Positions 1 through 8,858 of a stretch of DNA of 48,099 nucleotides are shown one piece after another. The stretch comes from a virus (lineage: Duplodnaviria; Caudoviricetes): positions 1-48,099 of IMG/VR virus record IMGVR_UViG_3300038379_000130. The stretch is one strand, 5' to 3'. Under the pieces are notes generated by a model. It saw nothing but the letters and a program-made list of their open reading frames with translations, had not been told where the DNA came from and did not search any database. How positions within the stretch are numbered: the stretch's first letter is position 1; the number at the start of each line of letters is the position of its first letter. The position numbers were made by a program, and so were the translations under genes.

Positions 1-197
1 CCCACGGCGAGGCGAAAGCGTACTTGAGGATGGGCGCGCAGGTCGCGGATCAGCCCGCCTGATTCCATCAGCGACAGTTCATCACAGCGCCTTGCCTCGG
101 CTGTGCTCTGGTGCATCACGCCGGCCCGGCAGCGTAAGGGGCGGTTGCCGAACTTGCCTCGTCTCACTTCAGAACCTCGGCCACTCGGCTTGGTCAC
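1..197 (-). CDS. DUF1064-like protein (putative nuclease), truncated at window edge
   Basis: Not in the ORF track. GTG at 197 overlaps the upstream stop. Translates MTKPSGRGSEVRRGKFGNRPLRCRAGVMHQSTAEARRCDELSLMESGGLIRDLRAHPQVRFRLAV..., resembling the DUF1064 pattern KYGN...S..EARRY.EL.L...G.I.DL..Q..F.L. Confidence 0.65.
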   Translation of the reverse strand, partial: MTKPSGRGSEVRRGKFGNRPLRCRAGVMHQSTAEARRCDELSLMESGGLIRDLRAHPQVRFRLAV

Positions 198-583
198 TTG
201 TCCTCACCGTTCAGCAGACGCACGGTCGCACAGGGCCAGTGCTCGTCCCCCGTGAACTCGTCCGGCTCGCCGTCGTGGCCAAAATGGCAAACATGGCAAA
301 CCTCATAGAGCAGGCCCTCGGCGCAAGTCAGGCCGACCTCGGCCACATCGAAAACTCCTGGCCCCTCGGCGGCATGGTCATGGCCACACTCGTCATAGAT
401 TCCGTACTTGGAATGCAGGGCCAGCACCTTCTCGACGCGCTCGGCCAGCAGGAATCCCGCATGAGCACGCACCATAAGCACGTCGAATGCCTCGCGGTCC
501 TTCGGCAGCAGCAGCAGAACATTCCCATCGGCGGGACCGTTACGTGAGTCATCGATCAGCTCGCGGATGCTCGGCTTGCTCAC
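194..583 (-). CDS. hypothetical phage protein (His/Cys-rich, ends WPCATVRLL)
   Basis: 129-aa ORF, start/stop overlaps with both neighbours. Confidence 0.7.
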   Translation of the reverse strand: MSKPSIRELIDDSRNGPADGNVLLLLPKDREAFDVLMVRAHAGFLLAERVEKVLALHSKYGIYDECGHDHAAEGPGVFDVAEVGLTCAEGLLYEVCHVCHFGHDGEPDEFTGDEHWPCATVRLLNGEDK

Positions 584-978
584 TTGTCCTCCTCAAACGC
601 CGTGCAGCGTGCGCCACTCGGCCCGATCGTCAGCCCCCCATCGCGCTGCAGCGCGGCAGGCTCCCACACCCATTCCTTCGGATACTTCGGGTCGTCGGTC
701 TCGTACAACATCGAGGAGGACAGGATCGAGCACCCCTCCGCGTTTCCGTCGCTCTCGCGGAATGCGCGGTCGCGCATGCAGCGGTCGCACCACGCCTCCT
801 GAAACATCAGGCCCTCTTCACCGTTCGATGGACGATACGGCTTAGTCACCTCGTGACGGGGCTCCAGAACTAGCGGCAGCGGCTCACCGTCGCACTTCGG
901 GCTGACTAACTCATGCACGTCGAACGTCTCACCGCACTTGGGACACCGGGCGCTGGCGTCGTCGTCGTGGGCGCTCAT
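580..978 (-). CDS. hypothetical phage protein with Cys motifs
   Basis: 132 aa; strong SD AGGGGGAG before ATG; CPKC and YRPSNGEEG...WCDRC motifs. Confidence 0.75.
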   Translation of the reverse strand: MSAHDDDASARCPKCGETFDVHELVSPKCDGEPLPLVLEPRHEVTKPYRPSNGEEGLMFQEAWCDRCMRDRAFRESDGNAEGCSILSSSMLYETDDPKYPKEWVWEPAALQRDGGLTIGPSGARCTAFEEDK

Positions 979-1001
979 CTACTCCCCCTTGCGGCCGCTC
1001 G

Positions 1002-1241
1002 TCAGACAGTGATCCGCGTCTTCGGAGGCATCGGACAGGCGCTCGTGGTCCCCTCACACGGTGCCTTGCCGCAGCCCGGACAGAGCGCGCAGCCCGTCCC
1101 AGTGCTGGTAAACGTCGAGAACCGCGCACCCATGTTGCAGGCGCACGTATACGTCACCGGCGGCGGGGTGGTTCCATTCCACACCGTAGGCGCGTAGATC
1201 GGCGCTCCGCACTTCGGACAGCTACCAACCTGAGTCCACAT
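1002..1241 (-). CDS. small Cys-rich hypothetical protein
   Basis: 79 aa; CPKCG, CAC, CPGCG; SD-like GAGGGGG upstream. Confidence 0.6.
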   Translation of the reverse strand: MWTQVGSCPKCGAPIYAPTVWNGTTPPPVTYTCACNMGARFSTFTSTGTGCALCPGCGKAPCEGTTSACPMPPKTRITV

Positions 1242-1343
1242 CCGTTACCCCCCTCATCTACTCCCCCTCGCTGGCTCCCACCCACTCGCGCGCGGATCGG
1301 CGGGCATCGACTCGCGGGCATTCTGCGTACCAGATTCCAACCC

Positions 1344-1724
1344 TCACCAGCCCTCGTCTCCTGGCTCGCGGTCGCCACGCGGCAGCTCGCGGTCCCCGAT
1401 CGGCATAGCCTTCACGACATCCCTGCCCGTTTGTCCGGTCGCGACCTTCGCGACTTCGGAGAGGTACTCGAACACGTCGAGATGCCCGTAGGTCGATGGC
1501 GGGCAGACGCGAATCGCCCTTGTGTACCGGCGCTCCTCCTCCCAATCGCGCCAGAACGGGTACGGGTCGATCAGTAGGGGCCGCTCATCAGTTGCGTCCT
1601 CTGCTCGCCTGAAGCCGTCCTTGACCGCGCCGTAGGTCTGCACCTGCCAGCGGTCGCGCTCGTCCTTCGACTCGAAGATGCGCGCCGGCTCACGCCCGTC
1701 ACTTCGCCGCAGTCGCCGTTCCAC
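1344..1724 (-). CDS. hypothetical protein
   Basis: 126 aa, GTG start with GAGGG upstream, overlaps end of DUF1376 gene. Confidence 0.55.
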   Translation of the reverse strand: MERRLRRSDGREPARIFESKDERDRWQVQTYGAVKDGFRRAEDATDERPLLIDPYPFWRDWEEERRYTRAIRVCPPSTYGHLDVFEYLSEVAKVATGQTGRDVVKAMPIGDRELPRGDREPGDEGW

Positions 1725-2484
1725 GTTCCCTCTTCACCGCTTCGAGGTTTCGCTCGAGGTCGCGCACGGTGCGAATCAGATGATCGTCGGTCATCGTCTC
1801 GAGCCTGAGCTTGCTGCGCTCGCGGCCGTCCTTCGACACCCAGGTCGCTGCTTCTAGCAGGATGTCGGTCGGATCTCGATCAGGTTCGAGCGCGCCGTGC
1901 TCCCGGATCAGCCGGTAGCCTTTGCGCTCCAGTTCCGGGCGTCTGCCGGCGATCAGCGGGTTGGCGGGCACGGACGGGCCGCGGGCGGTGTCCTGGGGTG
2001 GCACCGGGGCAGGGCCAGGCGTAGGCGCTGGCCTAGGCTCTGGTAACGGAGTAGGAGATGGTAACGGCGGGCCTATGGAGTGCATAGGCGCCACCTGTCG
2101 CGCGGCCTGTTCTTTCTTAGGCCGACCCCTACCGGCAATTAGGCCACCGGCTATCCCGCGTTTGGACTGCTCCTCACGAAAGACCCTCTCGTTTTCGATG
2201 TCCCGGACCACCCGCTCATGGTATAGCCTCCCGTCCCGCTCCTTGAGTTTCCCCCGCTCGAGCCAGTACGCGAGCGCACGTCGAACATCGGCGGGGCGCA
2301 TCCCGAGGATGGCTCCGAGTTCCTCTGGATCGGCCGGGAGCTCGCCGCCCTGGATGTGGGCATGGAACAGAAACAGCGGGTAGAACGTGCAGGAGACGAA
2401 GTCCCGTTGTGCCAGGGCGAGCTTCACGGCAGGGTCGTTCACGTAATCCGCTGGAGCCCAGCGCATCAGATGGATCGGCTTCAT
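1699..2484 (-). CDS. DUF1376/YdaU-like phage replication protein
   Basis: N-terminal WAPADY...GELPADPEELGAILG...DGRLYHERV...EQSKRGIAGG pattern, then a Pro-rich linker. Confidence 0.7.
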   Translation of the reverse strand: MKPIHLMRWAPADYVNDPAVKLALAQRDFVSCTFYPLFLFHAHIQGGELPADPEELGAILGMRPADVRRALAYWLERGKLKERDGRLYHERVVRDIENERVFREEQSKRGIAGGLIAGRGRPKKEQAARQVAPMHSIGPPLPSPTPLPEPRPAPTPGPAPVPPQDTARGPSVPANPLIAGRRPELERKGYRLIREHGALEPDRDPTDILLEAATWVSKDGRERSKLRLETMTDDHLIRTVRDLERNLEAVKRERGTATAAK

Positions 2485-2488
2485 GCCT

Positions 2489-2720
<232 letters not shown>

Positions 2721-2731
<11 letters not shown>

Positions 2732-3044
2732 GGCCCACGAACGCCGCGAACGTCGCGACGGCCTCCGGGGAGCAGTCATGGATCGCACGAACGTCCAGCA
2801 CCAGCGTGCTCGCAATGGGTGCCCCGATGCGGCTCTCGGCGACGCGAGGCCCGCACAGGCCGTATGCCGCCAGGCTCGTGATGCCGCCCTTGCGGCCGTA
2901 CCAGTACCGGATGCTTCGCGCGTCGTAGACGCGCACGGACTTCGTGCGCGCGATCTCCGCATCGGTCGCCTTGATGCGCCCGTACCAGAGCCCCCAATCG
3001 CCGTTACCGACGATCACCCAACGGCCTGTCTTCGCCATCTTCAT
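2721..3044 (-). CDS. DUF6948-like protein
   Basis: MKMAKTGRWVIV...GLWYG...DARSIRYWYG...ITSLAAYG...AIHDCSPEA; SD AAGGGGG; followed by a Gly-repeat ORF as is usual for this family. Confidence 0.65.
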
Positions 3045-3156
3045 CGAATCCCCCTTGTATCCAGCAAAACAAAGCGCCATGAATGGTCGCGCTCGCGCGC
3101 GCAGTCGATCTGCCAGCCGACGGCGCCGAGTTCGTGGACGCGGGGCTGCGGCGCCA

Positions 3157-3633
3157 TCAGCCAACACGACCCCGTAGCGCCCGCGTCTCGAAGAACCCCA
3201 CGAGCACGACGTTCCGCGCCATGATCCGCCGCGCCAGCAGCGAACGCCACGAGTTGTTGCACCGGAACCCCTGCCGGTCCTTCGTCAGCCCCCGCGAGCT
3301 CCGGCGCACCAGCGCCAGATACAGGTTGATCTCCCCGCGCCGGTCCCCTGCCGCCCGGTCCTCCGTCGCCAGCCGCACCACCTCGGCCTCGACGTAGCGG
3401 CCCGCCTCCGTCTCGATCCACTCCGCGAAGGCCCGCTCTACCCGAGACTCGCCGGGGAGCGCCCGCTGGCCCCTCCGGGCTACCGGATGAGCCCGGTTGT
3501 AGGCCCGGTCGTAGCAAGCCCCGTTGTGGTACGCCTGCGCTGCTCTGTGCGGCACGAATAGGAGGCCGCAGCCGGCGCATTCCTTGGCCGCCAGAGCGCC
3601 AGACTCGCCCGTTACGGCCAAGTGAGAACTCAA
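3157..3633 (-). CDS. hypothetical phage protein (N-terminal CxxC, C-terminal NN.W...LAR.IM...FFETR)
   Basis: C-terminal part of ORF 3157..3825; probable TTG start overlapping the methyltransferase stop. Confidence 0.6.
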   Translation of the reverse strand: MSSHLAVTGESGALAAKECAGCGLLFVPHRAAQAYHNGACYDRAYNRAHPVARRGQRALPGESRVERAFAEWIETEAGRYVEAEVVRLATEDRAAGDRRGEINLYLALVRRSSRGLTKDRQGFRCNNSWRSLLARRIMARNVVLVGFFETRALRGRVG

Positions 3634-4787
3634 TCTAGCCCCTCCGCGTCGAGGATCGCTTTCCCGACCGCTGCCGCGCACTGCGGGACGACGGAGTTGC
3701 CGAGGGCTTTGAGCGCGGCCCGGCGGTAGCGTGAAAAAGCCACTCGTCCGAGAGTGCGGACGGCGGGGATAGCCATCCGTCCGGGAGCCCAAGCAGTTGC
3801 GCCACCCAATCGGGGTTGAGTCCATCCCGCGAGCCTCGGCGCTTCCCAGGGGTGCTGCTGCTCCCCTGGTCGAGCAGGCCAGCGGTTCGCGCTTCCGCCG
3901 TGAGGGCCGGCCGCTTCGGGCTGCCCGCCTGCTCGCAGTCCTGCGCTGTCGGTGTCGCCCAGCGATTGGCCTGAGTCCCCAGGTTGACGCCCACAGGATT
4001 CTCCGGGGTGCCCCTTGTCCCCTGCGTCGGCCCGCTGTCCTTCCAGTCCCGTGCCTGTGGGCTCGCCCACAGGCCGTTCGCCGCGTCCGTCAGCGTCGTC
4101 CCCGGATGCCGCCCGCTCTCCGTCGAGTAGCCCGCCGATCCGCTCGCCCGGCTGTCCTCGCCCGTCGCCGTGGGCCATAAGCGGGCCGCGGCCGTGAGCG
4201 TCTCCGCAGTCCCCCGCGCCACATGAGCACCCGCGCTCTCGCTGTCCTCCGCGCGTGGCGCGGGCCACTGCCGCACCTGCCCCCTTGGAGTCACCCAGTC
4301 TTCCAACGATCCAGATCCGGTCCCGCCCGTGCGGAGCGCCGACATGTCGGGCACCAACAACGACCGGCCAGACTTCGTAGCCCGCACTCTCAAGCTCACC
4401 GCACACCCAGTCAAGCCCGTGAGGTTCGAGGCTAGCGAGGCCGCGAGGGTTCTCTGCCACGACCCAGCGGGGACCAACCTCGCGGCAGACGCGGAGAAAC
4501 TCAGGCCAGAGCCATCGCACGTCAGCACTTCCCTGCCGTCGTCCTGCCACGCTGGCGGGCTGACAGGGCGGGCCTCCGGCAACAACGTCAACTGCGCCGC
4601 ACGCCGCCTTAACCGCATCGCCCGTCACCTCCCGCACGTCGTTCCATCGTGGCAGTCTTGGCCAGTGCTGCTCCAACCAGAACCGGCACGCGGGGTCGAT
4701 CTCGCACTGCCCGACCGTCTGCATCCCGGCCCACTCCAGACCAAGGTCGAAGCCGCCTATGCCGGAGAACAGAGAGAGGACGCGCAT
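3630..4787 (-). CDS. dcm: DNA (cytosine-5)-methyltransferase, alpha-like chain
   Basis: Motif I LFSGIGG, IV GGPPCQ, VI ENP, VIII-like PHGRDRIWIVG, X KALGNSVVPQ; motif IX is absent from this frame. Confidence 0.92.
   Translation of the reverse strand: MRVLSLFSGIGGFDLGLEWAGMQTVGQCEIDPACRFWLEQHWPRLPRWNDVREVTGDAVKAACGAVDVVAGGPPCQPASVAGRRQGSADVRWLWPEFLRVCREVGPRWVVAENPRGLASLEPHGLDWVCGELESAGYEVWPVVVGARHVGAPHGRDRIWIVGRLGDSKGAGAAVARATRGGQRERGCSCGAGDCGDAHGRGPLMAHGDGRGQPGERIGGLLDGERAASGDDADGRGERPVGEPTGTGLEGQRADAGDKGHPGESCGRQPGDSGQSLGDTDSAGLRAGGQPEAAGPHGGSANRWPARPGEQQHPWEAPRLAGWTQPRLGGATAWAPGRMAIPAVRTLGRVAFSRYRRAALKALGNSVVPQCAAAVGKAILDAEGLD
3635..4618 (-). CDS. nested out-of-frame ORF, putative beta subunit of the C5 methyltransferase
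   Basis: 327 aa wholly inside dcm; SD GGAGGTGA 6 nt before ATG; repeated W(P/A)(T/S/A)P segments; motif-IX-like LNPDWVAQLLGLPDGW. Confidence 0.7.
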   Translation of the reverse strand: MRLRRRAAQLTLLPEARPVSPPAWQDDGREVLTCDGSGLSFSASAARLVPAGSWQRTLAASLASNLTGLTGCAVSLRVRATKSGRSLLVPDMSALRTGGTGSGSLEDWVTPRGQVRQWPAPRAEDSESAGAHVARGTAETLTAAARLWPTATGEDSRASGSAGYSTESGRHPGTTLTDAANGLWASPQARDWKDSGPTQGTRGTPENPVGVNLGTQANRWATPTAQDCEQAGSPKRPALTAEARTAGLLDQGSSSTPGKRRGSRDGLNPDWVAQLLGLPDGWLSPPSALSDEWLFHATAGPRSKPSATPSSRSARQRSGKRSSTRRG

Positions 4788-4931
4788 TCACGGCTTGCGC
4801 CATGCCCGCAGCGCCCGGCGCGGATGGTTGTGCATAGCTTCAGAACTCGCCGTGTCCGCCACGCGCGACACATGGAACAGCACGGTTACTGCTGTCCATC
4901 GCAGCTTCGCGTCACGCCTCGTGAGGGTCAT
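4788..4931 (-). CDS. small hypothetical protein
   Basis: ATGA-coupled 47-aa ORF filling the gap between the two methyltransferases. Confidence 0.45.
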   Translation of the reverse strand: MTLTRRDAKLRWTAVTVLFHVSRVADTASSEAMHNHPRRALRAWRKP

Positions 4932-5818
4932 GCCGGCGTCTCCTCGGCGAAGAGCCGCCCTTGCGAGTCCTCGGCGCGCAGGTAGCCGACCGCTTGCTTG
5001 AAGTAGCTCTCCTTCAGCTCGACGCCAATGAAGCGGCGCCGGGCACGGAGCGCGCACACACCCTCGGAGCCGATGCCCATGAACGGCGAGAGCACGACGT
5101 CGCCGGGGTTTGACCAGAGAACCAGAGCCCGGTCGATCACGTCGAGTTGGAGTGGGCAGAGGTGGCGCTCATCCTTCGCCTCGCGAGCGAGCGCGACATT
5201 CAGCACACGGGTCTGGTCAACCGTCATCCATACAGGCGAGGCCCACTCCTGCCATTGCTCCACCGGAAAGTCCGCTCGCTCATGCGTGATCGGCTCGGGA
5301 TTGTCGCCCTCCTTTCGGAACACGAGCAGGTAGTCCGGCATACCAGCGCGCGAGCGACCAGAGTCCTTCAGGAGCTGCTTGTGGAGCAGGCCCAGCGCCT
5401 TCGTTCTCGTCATCTCGACCACGGGGGATTTCCAGATCGTGATCCGCGAAGCGAGCACCCAACCGACGGCCTCGTGGGCGCGAATGATTCGTCCCGATAG
5501 GTCTTTGATTCCGATCCGCCCGTCCTTCCATTTCTGGAGCGGCAAGTCGGAGCAGTGAACCGCAGAGAGTCGCCCCGGTTTGGTAGCGCGGTGAAGCTCA
5601 TACAGCAGATAGCCGTACTGCTCCTCGAACTCGTCGTCGTTCGCCGCATTGCCCATGTCGGCCGCGCTGTCTGAGTAGACGAAGAGATTCGAGAACGGAG
5701 GCGAGTAGACAGAAAATCCGATCGACTCCTCTGGCATCTGGCGCAGCATGTCCACGCAGTCTCCGTGGTATGCCGCGAAGTTGTCCCCGTGCGCCTCGCC
5801 GAGACATCTCACAGCCAT
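4928..5818 (-). CDS. DNA N4-cytosine/N6-adenine methyltransferase (beta class)
   Basis: Catalytic SPPF precedes SAM motif VLSPFMGIGSEG; HLCPLQLDVIDR; GVELKESYF. Confidence 0.9.
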   Translation of the reverse strand: MAVRCLGEAHGDNFAAYHGDCVDMLRQMPEESIGFSVYSPPFSNLFVYSDSAADMGNAANDDEFEEQYGYLLYELHRATKPGRLSAVHCSDLPLQKWKDGRIGIKDLSGRIIRAHEAVGWVLASRITIWKSPVVEMTRTKALGLLHKQLLKDSGRSRAGMPDYLLVFRKEGDNPEPITHERADFPVEQWQEWASPVWMTVDQTRVLNVALAREAKDERHLCPLQLDVIDRALVLWSNPGDVVLSPFMGIGSEGVCALRARRRFIGVELKESYFKQAVGYLRAEDSQGRLFAEETPA

Positions 5819-7212
5819 GCCGGAAGCCTCCCCTGATGACGCGGCTCGTATAGCCGCCGCTGTTCGCGCGTGGTGCCGAGTGCCCGCTTCATTGCCTCGG
5901 CCATCTCGCGGCGCATTCGGCTGTTCTCGTCAGCCTTGCGGTCCACGACGCGGCCGATATGGTCCTCGCCCTCCGCGACTACGAGATGCACCTCGACTTG
6001 GCGGAGCTGCCCGAAGCGCCAGCAACGGCGCACGGCCTGGTGATACGTCTCGTAGGAGAACGAGCGGCCGACGAAAGCCATGCGGGCGCAGTGCTGCAGG
6101 TTCAGCCCGTAGCCGCACGAGGACGGCTTCGCGATCAAGATGCGAGCCGAGCCATCAAGGAACGCCGCGACCGCATCCTCCTTCGCTTCGATGCTGTGTG
6201 AGCCGCGCACCTCGACGGTCCCGCCCGGAGCATCGCCGATGACGTCGAGCAGGGCGTCGGCTTCGTAGTTGGTGTCACACCAGACGAGCCATGGCTCCGC
6301 GCGGTCGCCCCACACGAGATCGGCGACGATCGCGGCCCGCGCGCCGGCCGTCTGGCGCTTCACGCGGTGCATGTCCGTGGCCGATACAGCCGCGTCGGCG
6401 AACAGCATCCCCGGCAGCGGCTTCGCCGCAGCCTCGCCGACACGATGCCGGTGGACTACAAACGGCGGGAGATCGAAGCCTGGCACGTCATCGCCCAGGT
6501 CACGCGGATGGTCGGCCGCCCGAGCCCAAGAGGCGACCCAATCCCAGAACGATCTGATGGCATGGCCCTTGAGTCTCCAGGTTCCCGTGCCCGCACTGTC
6601 GTTCACGAACCAGCGAACGAGCATCTCCTCACGCGTCAAGACTCCGCAGAACGCGGAGTGCTGCGCGAGCTCGGTATGGTCGTTCGGCGCCGGGGTCGCG
6701 CTCGCCGATAGCCTCCAGCGGTGTCCGGCGAAGGCCTCGATCAGCGCGCGCGAGGTCGCCCCGGTGAAGCTCTTGAGGATGCTGCTCTCGTTGAGGGCGA
6801 CAGCGCCGAACGCCTGCGGGTCGAGCTTGTCCAGGCGGTCGTAGTTGCAGACGTTGACGCCCGGCCGTGCATCGTCCTGGCTGCGGATCACACGCACGTC
6901 GTAGCCGAGCGACTTGCCTTCAGCCTCGATCTGGCGCGCCACCGCGAGCGGGGTCAGGATCAGCGCGTACCCGTTCGAGAGGCGCGCCGCCTCTTGGCCC
7001 CACCACAACTCGACGCGCGTCTTTCCGAGACCGGTCCCGAGCCAGCACGCCCAGGAGCCGGCGCGGAGCCCGAACGTAGCGCAGGCTCCCTGGTACGGGA
7101 AGAGGTGATCCGGCGGCATCGGCGGGCTCTCGATCCCGCGCAACGGGGCGACGACTGCGCGGCGCGCCAGAAACTCCATGTAGGCATCGCGCTGCCCGTT
7201 CATGCCGCTCAC
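5809..7212 (-). CDS. SF2 (SNF2-like) helicase/ATPase
   Basis: GTGLGKT, NESSILK (DESS-like), SATPAPND, GYGLNLQ, QAVRRCWRFGQ. Confidence 0.88.
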   Translation of the reverse strand: MSGMNGQRDAYMEFLARRAVVAPLRGIESPPMPPDHLFPYQGACATFGLRAGSWACWLGTGLGKTRVELWWGQEAARLSNGYALILTPLAVARQIEAEGKSLGYDVRVIRSQDDARPGVNVCNYDRLDKLDPQAFGAVALNESSILKSFTGATSRALIEAFAGHRWRLSASATPAPNDHTELAQHSAFCGVLTREEMLVRWFVNDSAGTGTWRLKGHAIRSFWDWVASWARAADHPRDLGDDVPGFDLPPFVVHRHRVGEAAAKPLPGMLFADAAVSATDMHRVKRQTAGARAAIVADLVWGDRAEPWLVWCDTNYEADALLDVIGDAPGGTVEVRGSHSIEAKEDAVAAFLDGSARILIAKPSSCGYGLNLQHCARMAFVGRSFSYETYHQAVRRCWRFGQLRQVEVHLVVAEGEDHIGRVVDRKADENSRMRREMAEAMKRALGTTREQRRLYEPRHQGRLPAWL

Positions 7213-7415
7213 GCCAGCACCTCTGCCCGGAAGCCGTCCCGAAGCGCAGCATCCTCAGCGGCAATGCCCCGGTAGATGTAGCGGTAGACGCCCGGAGCGA
7301 TCTCCTCGACCGTGTAAGCGACCGCCCGCTCATCGCAGAGGCTCGACGGGATCACTCGACATGTAAGCCCGGAGCCGTCGCACCGTGAGCAGCGTTGCGC
7401 CAAGTCGAAGTTCAT
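7209..7415 (-). CDS. small hypothetical protein (CxxCxGxG)
   Basis: ATGA-coupled; CSRCDGSG. Confidence 0.5.
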   Translation of the reverse strand: MNFDLAQRCSRCDGSGLTCRVIPSSLCDERAVAYTVEEIAPGVYRYIYRGIAAEDAALRDGFRAEVLA

Positions 7416-7864
7416 CGTCCGTGTCCCATGCTTGCGACCGTGATCGGCGGCGGCTTCAGCGGAACCGAGCACGGATCAATCACGGGGCCGTAGACCTTCA
7501 CGGCCGGCCCGCAGCCCGACAGCAACATGCCGAGCATCACGATCGCGACCACGGAGCGAGGGGCGCCTCTCCCGGGTTCTGTCTCCCGTGCGGCGACGTC
7601 AGGACATTCGTCCCGCAACGCCCCTCGCTCCCTGGCCACGAAACGGCCGGGCGGGAGCGGGAGTTCGGATCTCCCGCCCGGTTGCTCACCCTCCATCTCC
7701 AGGCCTAGGCCATCCAACTCCTTCCCGATGAACGTGCCCGGCCCGCCCGGGCCACGACGACCACGAACGACGCGGACGCGACTCCGATAGAGCAGGTCGA
7801 TCACCCACAGCGCGACCACGAAGGCGAGCCAGACGCAGCCGGCGAAGTAGTCGCGGTCGCTCAC
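7412..7864 (-). CDS. membrane protein
   Basis: GTGA-coupled; two hydrophobic segments, the second ending LLSGC. Confidence 0.5.
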   Translation of the reverse strand: MSDRDYFAGCVWLAFVVALWVIDLLYRSRVRVVRGRRGPGGPGTFIGKELDGLGLEMEGEQPGGRSELPLPPGRFVARERGALRDECPDVAARETEPGRGAPRSVVAIVMLGMLLSGCGPAVKVYGPVIDPCSVPLKPPPITVASMGHGR

Positions 7865-8091
7865 TGCCGATCGACCCTCACGAGCGCGACCAAGATCACG
7901 GCCGAGCCGAGGACCGCAGCCGCGCCGCCGATGACCTTCACGGCCCCGGCGGTCGCCACGAGCCACCAGATCCCGAGGCCGATCGCGAAGACGCAGCCCC
8001 ACAGCCCGAGGAGCACGAGCCCCAGCACCGTCCACAGCAAGAGCAACTCGCGCCCGTAGGCTCTCCCGCTCGTCGTCGCCGTCTGGCTCAT
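7861..8091 (-). CDS. small membrane protein
   Basis: ATGA-coupled; long hydrophobic stretches. Confidence 0.6.
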   Translation of the reverse strand: MSQTATTSGRAYGRELLLLWTVLGLVLLGLWGCVFAIGLGIWWLVATAGAVKVIGGAAAVLGSAVILVALVRVDRQ

Positions 8092-8345
8092 GGCCTTCCC
8101 CCTCCTCCGCAGAAGACGCGCAGAACTTCCTGCATCGCCTGGTACCGACCGAACATCGCTCCCAAGCGGTCGAACATCTCGAGCGCGCTCATCACGCGGC
8201 GCGTCTCGTCCGCGACCTTGGCGATGGCTTCGGTGTCGGGGCGAGTGGCGCCGCACCGCGGGCACCGGCGCAGGCTCGCTGCGCGGATCGGCTGCGCGCA
8301 AAGGCACGTCCACTCACTCTCACGCGGCGTCGGGCCGCTGCTCAT
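8088..8345 (-). CDS. small zinc-finger protein
   Basis: WTCLC...CPRCG; ATGA-coupled. Confidence 0.55.
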   Translation of the reverse strand: MSSGPTPRESEWTCLCAQPIRAASLRRCPRCGATRPDTEAIAKVADETRRVMSALEMFDRLGAMFGRYQAMQEVLRVFCGGGGRP

Positions 8346-8776
8346 GCGCCTTCTCTCCTGCCCCTCGGCGGCGGGACGCGGATGCCCTCCTCCGTCGCGT
8401 GGTCGATCACGGCCTGCAGGAACACCGAGAACTGCGCGACCGTGAGATCCGCGATCGAGGGCGGCTCTCGCATCTCGACCGCTCCCAGCTTGCGGTAGGG
8501 CCAGAACTCCACCGGGACGATGGGCGGCAGGTGCTTCTCTTTCAGGCGGAAGTGCAGCTCGCCCGGATCGGCCCAGCCCCACTCGTCGGCGAGGAGAGGG
8601 AGCACGGTCGAGCGGTAGTAGCCGTGCTGGTCCTGCGTCGGCCGCTCTGCGCCGGTCCGCGTCACGGTCACGTAGACGTCGTGGCCGGCATGGCGCTTGA
8701 GGGCCGTCCGGAATGCGGCGACGTGGTGGATCTTCAGGATGCCACGGTCGTCCACGCGGGCCTCGTGGCGGGTCAT
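8342..8776 (-). CDS. NinB/YbcN-like recombination protein
   Basis: RPTQDQHGYY...ELHFRLKEKHL...SIADLTVAQFSVFLQAV...EEGIRVP pattern; start taken at ATG 8776, just past the repeat array. Confidence 0.65.
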   Translation of the reverse strand: MTRHEARVDDRGILKIHHVAAFRTALKRHAGHDVYVTVTRTGAERPTQDQHGYYRSTVLPLLADEWGWADPGELHFRLKEKHLPPIVPVEFWPYRKLGAVEMREPPSIADLTVAQFSVFLQAVIDHATEEGIRVPPPRGRREGA

Positions 8777-8777
8777 C

Positions 8778-8858
8778 ACGAACGTCCCTTGCCTTGCCTT
8801 GCCTTGCCCTGCCACGCCATACCCATCCCAGCCGCGCCTCGCCATGGCGTGCCTCGCA
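8778..8858 (-). ncRNA. GGY-NN pentamer array 3 (14 units plus tail GGGACGTTCGT), candidate guide RNA
   Basis: Minus strand: TGCGA GGCAC GCCAT GGCGA GGCGC GGCTG GGATG GGTAT GGCGT GGCAG GGCAA GGCAA GGCAA GGCAA GGGACGTTCGT. The repeat is certain; RNA status is inferred. Confidence 0.7.

Noticed and set aside
8777-8845. N-terminal extension of the NinB-like ORF, and ORF 9376..9900, reading through arrays (ARQGKARQG peptides)
   Set aside because: These peptides are by-products of a 5-nt period; better starts and frames exist.
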